DNA of 64,000 bases, from sequence record SRR31156797_8254; one strand, 5' to 3'. Made by a program: the position numbers and the translations under genes. Below are positions 17,938 to 28,378 of the stretch, one piece after another. The first letter of the stretch is position 1; each line of letters starts with the position of its first letter. A model generated the notes under the pieces. That model searched no databases. It saw nothing but the letters and a program-made list of their open reading frames with translations, and was not told the origin of the DNA.

Positions 17938-18990
17938 ATGAATGTGAATATAGGGATCTTAACTTTTCATGATGGAATAAATTTCGGTGCATATGCGCAA
18001 GTTTATGCACTGCAAAAGGCTCTTGAGAATTTAGGCCATCATGTAAGAATCATAAATTATAAAAACTCAAAACTTTGGATGAAAGAATATAAAAGTTTTT
18101 TATATACGTTGAATCTAAAGACATTTATAAACAATGTTATTAAAATTGTAAAGTTCAAAAAAGAACATAAGAAACTGAATCTCACAAGATTTTCTTTTAG
18201 GCCAGATATTATTGACAGAGAAGAATTTGACTGTGTAATTGTGGGAAGTGACGAAGTCTGGAATTTTTCAAGTTCTTTTATTGGATTGGATAAAAACTAT
18301 TTTGTGCCTAGAGATAATGTTAGGACGATTTCTTATGCTGCTAGTTTTGGAAGTTCTATCAATGGACAGAATATTCCAGATATAGTCGCTAATGGAATTA
18401 ATAAGTTTAATCAAATATCTGTCAGAGATGAAAATTCTAAAAAGCTTATAAATAATATAACAAAAAGAGATGTACCAATTGTATTAGATCCTACTTTTTT
18501 ACATGACTTTTCAGAAGATGTTATTCCAATGAAAAGAAAGAATTACATTGTTTATTATTCTGTTGATTTGGAACAGAAGTATACAGATCAGATAAAACAG
18601 TTTGCAAAGCAAAAGAACAAAAAAATTATTGCTATTGGATATAAGGTTGATTGGGCGGATGAAAATATTTATAGTATTGGACCTTTTGAATGGATGGGTT
18701 TAATTAGAGATGCTGACTTTATAATTACGTCAATGTTTCATGGTACTATTTTCTCAATAAAATTTAACAAGCAGTTTTGTACATTGGAAACAAAGTACAG
18801 GAAAAATAAGATGAACCCAATGATGTCAATATTGAAGTTGGATAATAGAATTATTCAATTAAATAGCTCCAGTACTTTATATAATGAAATTAATGATAGA
18901 TATAATAATAAAATTAATTATGATACTGTCAATGTAGTTATTAATAAAAATGTTAAAAAATCCATAGATTTTTTAAATGACTCTATCTAG
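17938..18990 (+). CDS. Polysaccharide pyruvyl transferase family protein
   Basis: ILTFH..NFGAYAQ, IVGSDEVWN, SYAASFG, SVRDE, VLDPT, TSMFHGTIFS. Confidence 0.88.
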   Translation: MNVNIGILTFHDGINFGAYAQVYALQKALENLGHHVRIINYKNSKLWMKEYKSFLYTLNLKTFINNVIKIVKFKKEHKKLNLTRFSFRPDIIDREEFDCVIVGSDEVWNFSSSFIGLDKNYFVPRDNVRTISYAASFGSSINGQNIPDIVANGINKFNQISVRDENSKKLINNITKRDVPIVLDPTFLHDFSEDVIPMKRKNYIVYYSVDLEQKYTDQIKQFAKQKNKKIIAIGYKVDWADENIYSIGPFEWMGLIRDADFIITSMFHGTIFSIKFNKQFCTLETKYRKNKMNPMMSILKLDNRIIQLNSSSTLYNEINDRYNNKINYDTVNVVINKNVKKSIDFLNDSI

Positions 18991-19005
18991 AAATTGGGGG
19001 GGAAT

Positions 19006-20106
19006 ATGAAAGTACTGTTCGATCATCAGATTTTTTCCTTGCAGAAATATGGTGGTATTTCAAGATATTTTGTGGAACTCCAAAAGAAGTTTGATAAGAT
19101 GTCGTGTATCGAATCAATGATAAGTCTGAAGTATAGTGATAATGAGTATATAAAGGATTATAAAAGGAAAAAAGTCCAAAGTTTTTTTACCGACAGAAAT
19201 TTTAGAGGTAAAGGACGCATATTCAGTTCACTAAATAAAAGGGAAAACTTCAGAGATATAAAAAGATATAAACCTGATCTGATTCATCCCACATATTATC
19301 ATGACTTATATGAAGGATATAGCAATAAATTTGTTATATCCATAATGGATATGATTGATGAGAAGTTCAATAAGGATTCAAGTCCCTATTCAAATAAGCT
19401 TATAGAGAATCGATTAAAGCTCTGCAGTGAAGCTTCTGCTGTTTTAACAATTTCAGAGAGCAGTAAAATAGATATTGTAAATATTATGGGAATCCCATCA
19501 GATAAAGTACATGTTGTGTATCTTTCGGGTAGTGAATTGGGAGATGAATCTGATTCCAGAAAAATTGATACCCCTGAGAAGTTTATTCTCTTTGTCGGTA
19601 ACAGAACAAAGTATAAGAATTTTAAAAATGCCCTCGAAGCTTATTCGAAGATTGATAAAAAAGAGAACTGTTATCTTTATTGTGCCGGAGGCGGTGCATT
19701 TACTGAATTGGAATTAGAACAGATAAGGAAATTGCGTCTGGACAGTTATGTAATTCAGAAGAATGTTTATGACTTAGAACTGAGATATCTTTATGAGAAT
19801 GCACAGTTCTTTATCTTCCCTTCTCTTTATGAAGGGTTTGGAATTCCGGTACTGGAATCCTTTGCTTCAGATTGTCCATTGTTAGTTTCCGATAGAAGTT
19901 CCTTGCCAGAAATAGCCGGAGACGGTGGGTTATATATCAATCCCGAAGATGTGAATGACATATATGAGAAGATGATGATTTTATTGAAGGATGATACTAT
20001 AAGAAATCAGTTAGTCTTAAATGGAAATAAGCAACGAAAGAAGTTCTCATGGGATCTCTGTGCAAGGCAAACTTTAGATGTTTACAAAAAGGTTTTAGAT
20101 GATTAA
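19006..20106 (+). CDS. Glycosyltransferase family 4
   Basis: QKYGGISRY, FVGNRTKYKNF, FPSLYEGFGIPVLE. ATG 19006; alternative TTG 18994. Confidence 0.9.
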   Translation: MKVLFDHQIFSLQKYGGISRYFVELQKKFDKMSCIESMISLKYSDNEYIKDYKRKKVQSFFTDRNFRGKGRIFSSLNKRENFRDIKRYKPDLIHPTYYHDLYEGYSNKFVISIMDMIDEKFNKDSSPYSNKLIENRLKLCSEASAVLTISESSKIDIVNIMGIPSDKVHVVYLSGSELGDESDSRKIDTPEKFILFVGNRTKYKNFKNALEAYSKIDKKENCYLYCAGGGAFTELELEQIRKLRLDSYVIQKNVYDLELRYLYENAQFFIFPSLYEGFGIPVLESFASDCPLLVSDRSSLPEIAGDGGLYINPEDVNDIYEKMMILLKDDTIRNQLVLNGNKQRKKFSWDLCARQTLDVYKKVLDD

Positions 20107-20593
20107 TTACTTGATATATGATATTAAGAAGAATTATAACAATCCTAAAGGTTTGTTTTTTTTATTTCTTTTTAGAATTACTAATTTCGTTTATGTTGTC
20201 TCAAGAAAAATAATTATAACATATGTAATACTTATTCCATTAGTGATTATCTATAAAGTGATCACTGAATTATTAATGGGCGTTGAAATAAGTTATAAAA
20301 CGGAAATAGGGAAAGGTCTTACTTTTCACCATGTTAATGGTACCGTAATAAATATGAATGTTGTAATAGGTGATAATTGTCTGATTAGACATTTAACGAC
20401 TATTGGTGTTTCAAAGAAGAATAGCAGATGTCCGGTAATTGGAAATAATGTAAATATTGGTTCTAACTCTGTAATCCTTGGTGATATAACGATAGGTGAT
20501 AATGTTATAATTGGTGCGGGATCAATCGTTGTAAAATCAATACTTGAGAATGACATTGTTGCTGGAAATCCAGCAAGAAGTATTAAGAAATAA
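20099..20593 (+). CDS. CysE/WcaB-like hexapeptide O-acetyltransferase
   Basis: Left-handed beta-helix repeats (IGKG, IGDN, IGNN, IGAG) ending VAGNPAR. Confidence 0.85.
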   Translation: MINYLIYDIKKNYNNPKGLFFLFLFRITNFVYVVSRKIIITYVILIPLVIIYKVITELLMGVEISYKTEIGKGLTFHHVNGTVINMNVVIGDNCLIRHLTTIGVSKKNSRCPVIGNNVNIGSNSVILGDITIGDNVIIGAGSIVVKSILENDIVAGNPARSIKK

Positions 20594-21369
20594 TGAGTAA
20601 ATATCTAGTAACTATTGCAACTGTAACTTATAATAGTGAGAAATACCTAGAGCAATGCATCAAAAGTGTGTTAAAACAAGATTTTGACAGTTACGAATAC
20701 ATAATTATCGATGGGAAATCCAGTGATAAAACACTAACAATTGTAGATAAATATAAAGGTGGTATATCACAAATTATCTCAGAAAGAGACTTCGGTGCTT
20801 ATGATGCAATGAATAAAGCTATTGATATTGCCAGAGGTGAATATATATTATTCCTTAATTCTGATGATTACTTTATTGATGAGCAAAGTCTTAGTAATCT
20901 TTATGATTGTATGATTCGAGGTTGTAAGAAATGGGCTAGTGGTTTAATTGAGGTGTTAGATAGTCATAATAATATTATAAGTAAGGATTGTTATCGACAT
21001 TATAATCTCAATTCAATGCTTATAAAGAATATTTTTCGACATCCGGCTTCATTGATGCCTGTGGGATGGCTGAGGATGCATAAATTCGATCTAAAGTATA
21101 AATACGCAGCCGATTATGATATTGCTTTGAAGTTTTGGGAGGAATTCGGAGCACCGACATTTGTAAACCACTATATATCAAGATTTAGAATTGATGGTGA
21201 AAGCCTTTCTTCAAATGTGTATTGTTCTCTTATGGACGAGAATCGTGTTAGAAAAGAGTATAGAGTTCGTAATAAAGAATCTCTTTTGATTTTATATGAT
21301 TATTTGGTTTTGATCTTAAGACTGCTAAACTACTCAATAAAAAAGTATATCAAGAAATGGAAAAAGTAA
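20593..21369 (+). CDS. Glycosyltransferase family 2 (WcaE/WfgS-like)
   Basis: TVTYN, IIDGKSSD, GAYDAMNK, FLNSDD, HPA, AADYD. Confidence 0.9.
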   Translation: MSKYLVTIATVTYNSEKYLEQCIKSVLKQDFDSYEYIIIDGKSSDKTLTIVDKYKGGISQIISERDFGAYDAMNKAIDIARGEYILFLNSDDYFIDEQSLSNLYDCMIRGCKKWASGLIEVLDSHNNIISKDCYRHYNLNSMLIKNIFRHPASLMPVGWLRMHKFDLKYKYAADYDIALKFWEEFGAPTFVNHYISRFRIDGESLSSNVYCSLMDENRVRKEYRVRNKESLLILYDYLVLILRLLNYSIKKYIKKWKK

Positions 21370-22472
21370 TTAAAAAGAAAAAAATAGTTATTTCCGGAGC
21401 AAGCCTCTTTAGCGGAGGAACTCTTTCTGTATATAAGGATTGTATTGAGGCTTTGAGTCAATCTGTTCTAGCTGAAAAGTACGATGTTACAGCTTTGGTA
21501 TATGATAAGGAATTATTTGATCTTTACACGAACGTCAACTATGTTGAAATTAAAAAGATAAGAAAATCATGGTTTCATAGAATGTTCTATGAATTATTCT
21601 ATTATCGTAAGCTGTTTCGTAACGATAATCTATTCTTATGGTTTTCTATTCACGATGTAACAACTAGAGTGAGAGCAGAAGTAAAAGGGGTTTATTGTCA
21701 TAATCCTACTCCATTTTATAAGTTGAATGCTAGAGAGGCATTTCTAGATCCAAAGTTATGGATATTTACTTTATTTTACCGTTATTTGTATAGATTAAAC
21801 ATTAAAACAAATCAGTTTGTAGTAGTTCAGCAGCAGTGGATTAAAGAAGATTTTATTAAAAAATTTAATATTAACAATGTAATTGTTGCTCATCCAATTA
21901 TAAATCATATAAAAACTGTTGAGTACGGAAAAGGGAACTATCATGGGAAAAGGGTTTTCTTTTATCCAACATTTCCTAGAGTATTTAAAAATATTGAAAC
22001 TATTTGTCGAGCTGCAGAGGCCTTGCTGAATAACAGAGATATTATATTTGTTATTACAATTGATGGTTCTGAAAATAGATATTCTAGATGGGTAGTTAAT
22101 AAATTTAAACATTTAAAAAATGTAAAGTTTATTGGGAGAATTCCACGTGAAGATGTTTTTTCCTTATATTGTGAAGCCGAGGCTTTGGTTTTCCCTTCTC
22201 ATTTAGAGACTTGGGGTATGCCTATTTCTGAATTTAAAGATACGGGGAAACCTATTTTCCTTGCTGATGCCAAGTATGCGATTGAGACCATTGGTGATTA
22301 TGATAACGTTTCTTTTTTTTCTGAATATAATGGGAATGATTTAGCAGAAAAAATAATGGAATATCTAAAGAATGGGAAAATGTACAATAGTAGAATAAAA
22401 TTGAAGGGAACTGATTTTTCTGAAGGCTGGTTAGCTCTTTTCTATAAAATGATAAATAATGAGGGATTATAA
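21357..22472 (+). CDS. Glycosyltransferase family 4
   Basis: GGTLSV, FFYPTFPRVFKN, FPSHLETWGMPISE. Confidence 0.85.
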   Translation: MEKVIKKKKIVISGASLFSGGTLSVYKDCIEALSQSVLAEKYDVTALVYDKELFDLYTNVNYVEIKKIRKSWFHRMFYELFYYRKLFRNDNLFLWFSIHDVTTRVRAEVKGVYCHNPTPFYKLNAREAFLDPKLWIFTLFYRYLYRLNIKTNQFVVVQQQWIKEDFIKKFNINNVIVAHPIINHIKTVEYGKGNYHGKRVFFYPTFPRVFKNIETICRAAEALLNNRDIIFVITIDGSENRYSRWVVNKFKHLKNVKFIGRIPREDVFSLYCEAEALVFPSHLETWGMPISEFKDTGKPIFLADAKYAIETIGDYDNVSFFSEYNGNDLAEKIMEYLKNGKMYNSRIKLKGTDFSEGWLALFYKMINNEGL

Positions 22473-23402
22473 TTGAACTTCTTTATTACCGGTTGTAACG
22501 GCTTTGTTGGGCGATACATGACAAATCTATTATTAGATAAAAGTCATAATGTTATGGGCTGTGACCTAGCTGGCGATTCAATTAATAATAGGATTAAGTA
22601 TTATCAACTTAATTTAGATGATTCAGATAAGTTTAATGAAATATTCAACAAATCTTTAGATTTAGACGGAGTCTTTCATTTTGCAGCTATGTCAAATCCT
22701 CAAAAATCAAGGATCTATCCGAAAGAGTCTATTAATAGCATTGTTGATTCAACAGTCAACTTGTTAGAGTATTGTAGAACTCATCCTAAAACGAAGCTAC
22801 TATGTGTAGGTTCACAGCTGGAATACAAAGAAAAAGAAGGAACCTTATCAGAAGATGACCCATTTGAAGCTAAAAGTATATATGCTTCTGCAAAAATTGC
22901 TTCTGAACTGATTATAAAACAGTATAATCTTCAATATGGTGTACAGGCTGTTCTGACAAGATCATTTAATCATATGGGTGCTTATCAGTCTCCCGAGTAT
23001 GTAATTCCAAGCTTTGTAAAGCAGTGTACACAAATATATAAGGGATTTTCAGATCCAATTATATCAGTTGGTAATCTTAATGTTGTACGGGATTTAGTGG
23101 ATGTTAGAGATGTCGTAGAAGCATATTGGGAGTTAATGATAAACGGACAGCCAGGTGAAACCTATAATGTGGCAAGCGGCAAGGGGTATCGCTTAAGTGA
23201 TATTCTTGATCTAATCGTAAAAAAATTGAAAATAAAGGTTTCTGTTGAAATCAATGAGGACTATTTAAGGAAAAACGATGTCCTTAGGGTTGTTGGAAAT
23301 ATTGAAAAAATAAAAAAAGACACCAATTGGACTCCACAATACTCTCTTGATAAATCTATAGACGACTTGATTTCTTATTGGTTAGAAGTTGTAGATAACT
23401 AA
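22473..23402 (+). CDS. GDP-4-keto-6-deoxymannose reductase-like SDR (Rmd/Tld-like)
   Basis: ITGCNGFVG, YASAK, RSFNHMG, VGNLNVVRDLVDVRDVV, GETYNVASG; TTG start directly after the upstream TAA. Confidence 0.7.
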   Translation: MNFFITGCNGFVGRYMTNLLLDKSHNVMGCDLAGDSINNRIKYYQLNLDDSDKFNEIFNKSLDLDGVFHFAAMSNPQKSRIYPKESINSIVDSTVNLLEYCRTHPKTKLLCVGSQLEYKEKEGTLSEDDPFEAKSIYASAKIASELIIKQYNLQYGVQAVLTRSFNHMGAYQSPEYVIPSFVKQCTQIYKGFSDPIISVGNLNVVRDLVDVRDVVEAYWELMINGQPGETYNVASGKGYRLSDILDLIVKKLKIKVSVEINEDYLRKNDVLRVVGNIEKIKKDTNWTPQYSLDKSIDDLISYWLEVVDN

Positions 23403-23404
23403 GT

Positions 23405-24613
23405 ATGGATAAAACTAGAATTGCAAGTTCAATTACTTTTTTATTTTTTGTTCCTCTCGTTTTATTAAGCAATCAGATTGCAATATTATTAAAATCATCT
23501 TCTTTACGAGATGGATTAATCTTTAACCTCTGCATTATTATTCTGTATTTTTTCTTTTTGATCTCAAAGATAAAGATCGATATAAAAATTCCGATTGGCT
23601 TTGTTTTTCTTGCTATATATTCTTTATTACAATTTCTATTAATTATTTTTGTCGAGGATAATACAGATAATAAAAGGTTCGCATTATCTTTTTTATTAAT
23701 CTTGCTATTGTTTATTGCATCAAAAATATATACGAATGTTGCTTTTCTAAGTGAATATAGATTTTCAAGAATACTATTGTTTATTTTATTCGTTTTACTG
23801 GGTATTGGATTATTAGCATGTCTTCTCCTATTAACGGGAAAGGCCAATAAGAGAGATGCGGTTCTATTGTTTAATGAGCCCTCACATTACGCATTAGTCG
23901 TACTACCATTTTTTAATTACTATATAATTAGTAATAAGAAGCATAAAATTTTATTAGTTCTTCTATTCTTTTTTATCAGTTTGGCAATTCAAAATTTAAC
24001 TCTATTAGTTGGGATCCTTTTTAGTTTTTTTGTTAAGGTAAAGAATAAGTATAAGATCCTAGCTGCGTTGCTGATCGTATTACTATTACTTATTGCGTTG
24101 CAGTTTGATAGGAATGATTATTTTTCTGCGCGCTTAAAATTTACCGGGAATATTAAAAATCACTCTGTACTAGTTTGGCTATCTGGTTGGGAAAGAGCAA
24201 TTCTTTCCTTAAGGTATTCAAAGCTTGTTGGATTGGGGTTACAGCAATTAGGTGTATATGGGCCAAATGGTAAATATATGATGAGATTACTCGAGATTAC
24301 ACGTGGTGTCCCCCTCAATCAATTTGATGGCGGGTTCCTAGCATCAAAAATTATTTCTGAATATGGGATTATGGGTTTACTTATTATAATATCCTATTTT
24401 AAAAGATTTATTAAGTATATGATAATCTTTGATAAGAACGGAATTGAAGACGATCGATTGCTGTTTTTTTATTCAGTGTTTACTATGTTTTTTATACAAT
24501 TATTTGTACGTGGCACCGGTTACTTCTCTTCATCAACATTTCTATTTCTCATTTCAATAATATATTTAAATGAGAACTTGCCATTAAAATATAATGATAA
24601 TACGGATTATTAG
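23405..24613 (+). CDS. wzy: O-antigen polymerase-like membrane protein
   Basis: About 10-11 TM segments, F-N-EPSH motif, large periplasmic loop, SEYGIMG; sits among glycosyltransferases. Confidence 0.7.
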   Translation: MDKTRIASSITFLFFVPLVLLSNQIAILLKSSSLRDGLIFNLCIIILYFFFLISKIKIDIKIPIGFVFLAIYSLLQFLLIIFVEDNTDNKRFALSFLLILLLFIASKIYTNVAFLSEYRFSRILLFILFVLLGIGLLACLLLLTGKANKRDAVLLFNEPSHYALVVLPFFNYYIISNKKHKILLVLLFFFISLAIQNLTLLVGILFSFFVKVKNKYKILAALLIVLLLLIALQFDRNDYFSARLKFTGNIKNHSVLVWLSGWERAILSLRYSKLVGLGLQQLGVYGPNGKYMMRLLEITRGVPLNQFDGGFLASKIISEYGIMGLLIIISYFKRFIKYMIIFDKNGIEDDRLLFFYSVFTMFFIQLFVRGTGYFSSSTFLFLISIIYLNENLPLKYNDNTDY

Positions 24614-25420
24614 ATGATATCAGCTTCAATTGTATTATATAAGACATCTAAAAAGGATTTAGATGCTGTTTTGGGTTCTGTCTTTAGTTCTGGCATATCA
24701 ATAAAACTTTATATAGTTGATAACTCACCTACTGATGTTTTAAAGCAGTACTTTACAAATAAAGATATTGAATATATTAAATCAGAAAACAATGGATATG
24801 GATCTGGGCATAATATTTGTATAAGAAAGTCTTTGAAGGAAGGATACAAGTATCACATTGTTCTCAATCCTGATATAAGATTTACATCCGAGGTAATTAG
24901 TACATTAAAAGAAGTGATGGATAGAGATAGTGATATAGGATGTGTAATGCCAAAAATCGTAGGTGATGATGGAGAATTACAATATCTATGCAAATTGTAT
25001 CCTAATCCAATACATTTGTTTGCAAGAAGATTCTGTCTAAGATTGTTTATGAATTTAAATAGTAAATATGAGATGAGATTTATGGATTATAGTAAATCTT
25101 TTGAAGTACCTATTATATCTGGTTGCTTTATGTTTATTAGAACAGAAGTTCTTGCTCAAGCTGGGCTTTTTGATGAGCGATTTTTTATGTATCTGGAAGA
25201 TTTTGATTTATCTAGAAGAATAGGAGCTGTTTCAAAAAACTATTACTACCCTGATGTAACGGTGACACATTCACATGCAAAGGAATCATATAAAAATCTA
25301 AAAATGACGATTGTTCATATAAGATCTACAATAAGATATTTTAATAAGTGGGGTTGGTTTTTCGACTCTGAACGGAAGAATATAAATCGTAAATTTACAA
25401 AAGGAATGGTATTAAATTGA
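24614..25420 (+). CDS. Glycosyltransferase family 2 (WbbL-like)
   Basis: [40 protein letters not shown]. Confidence 0.9.
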   Translation: MISASIVLYKTSKKDLDAVLGSVFSSGISIKLYIVDNSPTDVLKQYFTNKDIEYIKSENNGYGSGHNICIRKSLKEGYKYHIVLNPDIRFTSEVISTLKEVMDRDSDIGCVMPKIVGDDGELQYLCKLYPNPIHLFARRFCLRLFMNLNSKYEMRFMDYSKSFEVPIISGCFMFIRTEVLAQAGLFDERFFMYLEDFDLSRRIGAVSKNYYYPDVTVTHSHAKESYKNLKMTIVHIRSTIRYFNKWGWFFDSERKNINRKFTKGMVLN

Positions 25421-26505
25421 TGAAAAAAGCACTTATAACTGGAATCTCGGGGCAGGATGGGTCTTATCTTGCGGAATTTCTTTTAGAGAAGGGTTATCAG
25501 GTACATGGTATTAAAAGAAGGGCTTCTTCATTTAATACGGACAGAATTGATCATCTGTATCAGGATCCACATTCTGAAAATAGGAATTTCTTTCTCCATT
25601 ATGGAGACTTAACTGATACAAGTAACCTGATAAGAATAATTCAGGAAGTTCAGCCCGATGAAATATATAATCTAGGTGCTCAAAGTCATGTACAGGTCAG
25701 TTTTGAAGTGCCTGAATATACAGCTGATACTGATGGGGTGGGCACTTTAAGATTGCTTGAGGCTATAAGAATCCTCGGCATGGAAAAAAAGGTTCGGTTC
25801 TATCAGGCTTCTACAAGCGAGCTATATGGTAAAGTTCAGGAAATTCCCCAAACAGAAAAAACTCCTTTTTATCCCAGAAGTCCTTATGCGGCTGCAAAGA
25901 TGTATGCCTATTGGATCGTTGTGAACTATAGAGAAAGCTATGGAATGCATGCAAGCAACGGAATATTATTTAACCATGAAAGCCCTAGAAGAGGTGAAAC
26001 TTTTGTTACCAGAAAGATTACAAGAGCTGCCGCTCGTATAAAGACAGGGCTGCAGGATAAGCTTTATCTTGGTAATCTTAATTCTGAAAGGGATTGGGGA
26101 TTTGCTGGCGACTATGTACGTATGATGTGGATGATGATGCAGCAGGATGAGGCTGATGATTATGTTGTCGCAACAGGGGTGAAGAAAACTGTCCGGGATT
26201 TTGTCCGCTATGCTTTTGAAGAGCTTGAAATCGAGCTGAGATGGGAAGGCGAAGGTGTGAATGAGAAGGGAATCGATAAAGCTACAGGAAAAGTACTTGT
26301 TGAGGTCGATCCGAAGTATTTCAGACCTGCTGAAGTTGAACTTCTTATTGGTGATCCTTCAAAGGCTAAGGATAAACTCGGCTGGGAACCCAAGGTAAAA
26401 CTGGCTGAACTGGTTAGCATGATGGTAAAACATGATCTGGCAGAGGCTGAAAAAGAGCTTCACTTGAAAAACGGTGGATATGAAGTAAAGAATTTTTTTG
26501 AATAA
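25420..26505 (+). CDS. gmd: GDP-mannose 4,6-dehydratase
   Basis: [59 protein letters not shown]. Confidence 0.97.
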   Translation: MKKALITGISGQDGSYLAEFLLEKGYQVHGIKRRASSFNTDRIDHLYQDPHSENRNFFLHYGDLTDTSNLIRIIQEVQPDEIYNLGAQSHVQVSFEVPEYTADTDGVGTLRLLEAIRILGMEKKVRFYQASTSELYGKVQEIPQTEKTPFYPRSPYAAAKMYAYWIVVNYRESYGMHASNGILFNHESPRRGETFVTRKITRAAARIKTGLQDKLYLGNLNSERDWGFAGDYVRMMWMMMQQDEADDYVVATGVKKTVRDFVRYAFEELEIELRWEGEGVNEKGIDKATGKVLVEVDPKYFRPAEVELLIGDPSKAKDKLGWEPKVKLAELVSMMVKHDLAEAEKELHLKNGGYEVKNFFE

Positions 26506-26546
26506 TAATTGCTGAGAATGGAACCTATTGTTTTAAAGGGATAAGA

Positions 26547-27485
26547 ATGGACAAGAAATCTAAGATCTATGTAGCAGGACATAGAGGAATGGTCGGATCT
26601 GCAATTATCCGACTGTTGCTTGAGAAAGGGTACGAAAATATTATTACTCGTACTCACAGTGAACTTGATTTAACAAGGCAGGAGCAGGTTGAGTGTTTTT
26701 TTGAAAATGAAAAGCCTGATTATGTCTTTTTGGCTGCTGCAAAAGTCGGCGGGATACTTGCGAACTCTACTCAAAAAGCAGAATTTTACTATCAGAATGC
26801 TGTAATAGCCCAGAATGTGATCCATTCCTCATGGAAAAACGGTGTAATGAAACTGATGAACCTGGGCTCCAGTTGCATATACCCTAAAATGGCACCTCAA
26901 CCTTTAAATGAAGAGTCTCTATTAACTGGTGCGCTTGAGCCTACAAATGATGCCTACGCTCTGGCAAAGATCAGCGCTATTAAAATGTGTAGTTACTACA
27001 ATGATCAGTACGGAACAAACTATCTGTCTGTAATGCCTACTAACTTATATGGACTTAATGATAACTTTGATTTGAAGTCTTCCCATGTATTACCCGCTAT
27101 GATCAGGAAGTTCCATGAGGCAAAAAGTAGTGGAATGCCTGTACAGCTTTGGGGAGACGGTAGCCCATTAAGAGAGTTTCTTGATGCTGATGATCTGGCA
27201 GATGCTGTAGTCTTCCTGATGGAGAACAAGGATGCATCCGATTTGGGTGAGTTTGTGAATGTCGGTACGGGAAAGGACTGCTCTATTAAAGAATTAGCGG
27301 AGCTAATCGCTTCTGTAGTGGGATATGAAGGGCCTGTGAAGTGGGATAGTTCTAAACCCAATGGTACTCCCAGGAAGCTGCTTGATGTCAGCAGGCTTAG
27401 CGATTTAGGTTGGACAGCATCGACAAGTTTGAGAGATGGTATAGAGAAAGCCTACCAGGGATTTCTTAAAGAATTTGGATTCTGA
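26547..27485 (+). CDS. fcl: GDP-L-fucose synthase
   Basis: AGHRGMVGSA, AAAKVGGI, GSSCIYP, YALAK, MPTNLYG, SHVLPA, WGDGSPLREF. Confidence 0.95.
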   Translation: MDKKSKIYVAGHRGMVGSAIIRLLLEKGYENIITRTHSELDLTRQEQVECFFENEKPDYVFLAAAKVGGILANSTQKAEFYYQNAVIAQNVIHSSWKNGVMKLMNLGSSCIYPKMAPQPLNEESLLTGALEPTNDAYALAKISAIKMCSYYNDQYGTNYLSVMPTNLYGLNDNFDLKSSHVLPAMIRKFHEAKSSGMPVQLWGDGSPLREFLDADDLADAVVFLMENKDASDLGEFVNVGTGKDCSIKELAELIASVVGYEGPVKWDSSKPNGTPRKLLDVSRLSDLGWTASTSLRDGIEKAYQGFLKEFGF

Positions 27486-28377
27486 ATATAGAAAGAGAAG
27501 ACCATTGAAGTTTACGCTTGGTACGGTTCAGTTCGGCTTAGATTATGGTATTGCTAATAAACAGGGCAAGCCGGATCAAAGTAAGGCACATGAGATCCTC
27601 GATACAGCGCTTGAGTTTGAAGTTGATTATCTCGATACGGCTATGGCTTATGGGAATAGTCAGGAAGTCATCGGTTCATGGCAGCAGCATAAAGATAAGA
27701 TACCTGTAATCAGTAAGATAAACTCATTATCCAACGGATTAGATGTTGACGGGTATTATAGAGAGTTGCATGCACAGATCAAGACAATGTTCGAAGAATT
27801 GAGCTGTTCTTCCATATATGGAGTCATGCTTCATAACTATGCATTACTTGATGCAGGAGGCGATGCATTATACACAGCTCTTCTGCGCTTAAAAGAAGAT
27901 GGACATGTTAGTGAAATAGGTGTATCGGTCTATAATGGTAATGAACTCAGAAGTGCCGTCTCATATGATGAATTCACGATATTTCAATGTCCGATGAATC
28001 TGTTTGATAATCCATTGAATGGGTTGGATTTATCCGGAAAAAAGATCTTTGTCAGATCAGTCTATCTTCAAGGATTGTTTTTTTTGAGTCCCGAACAGGC
28101 TGAGAACAAAGTCTTCGGAGCAGGTAAGTATATCGAGAAGGTTCAAGTTATGGCCAAAGAAGAAGGTCTAACAATAGCAGAGTTGGCATTCCGTTATGTA
28201 TTGAGCCATTCTGAGATCTATAGCCTGGTTTCAGGTGTAGATAATGTTGATCAGCTTATAGAAAATATCCGGAAAATGAAAATGAGCCCTCTTCCAAGTC
28301 GGCTTATAAAGGAAATAGAAACGACATTTAAAGATATCCCTGTGACGATAAAGAATCCTTCTATGTGGAGTTCATGA
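27475..28377 (+). CDS. Aldo/keto reductase
   Basis: LGTVQFGLDYG, LDTAMAYGNS, ISK, MLH, IGVSVY, RSVYLQG. The true start may be TTG 27505. Confidence 0.88.
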   Translation: MDSEYRKRRPLKFTLGTVQFGLDYGIANKQGKPDQSKAHEILDTALEFEVDYLDTAMAYGNSQEVIGSWQQHKDKIPVISKINSLSNGLDVDGYYRELHAQIKTMFEELSCSSIYGVMLHNYALLDAGGDALYTALLRLKEDGHVSEIGVSVYNGNELRSAVSYDEFTIFQCPMNLFDNPLNGLDLSGKKIFVRSVYLQGLFFLSPEQAENKVFGAGKYIEKVQVMAKEEGLTIAELAFRYVLSHSEIYSLVSGVDNVDQLIENIRKMKMSPLPSRLIKEIETTFKDIPVTIKNPSMWSS

Positions 28378-28378
28378 T

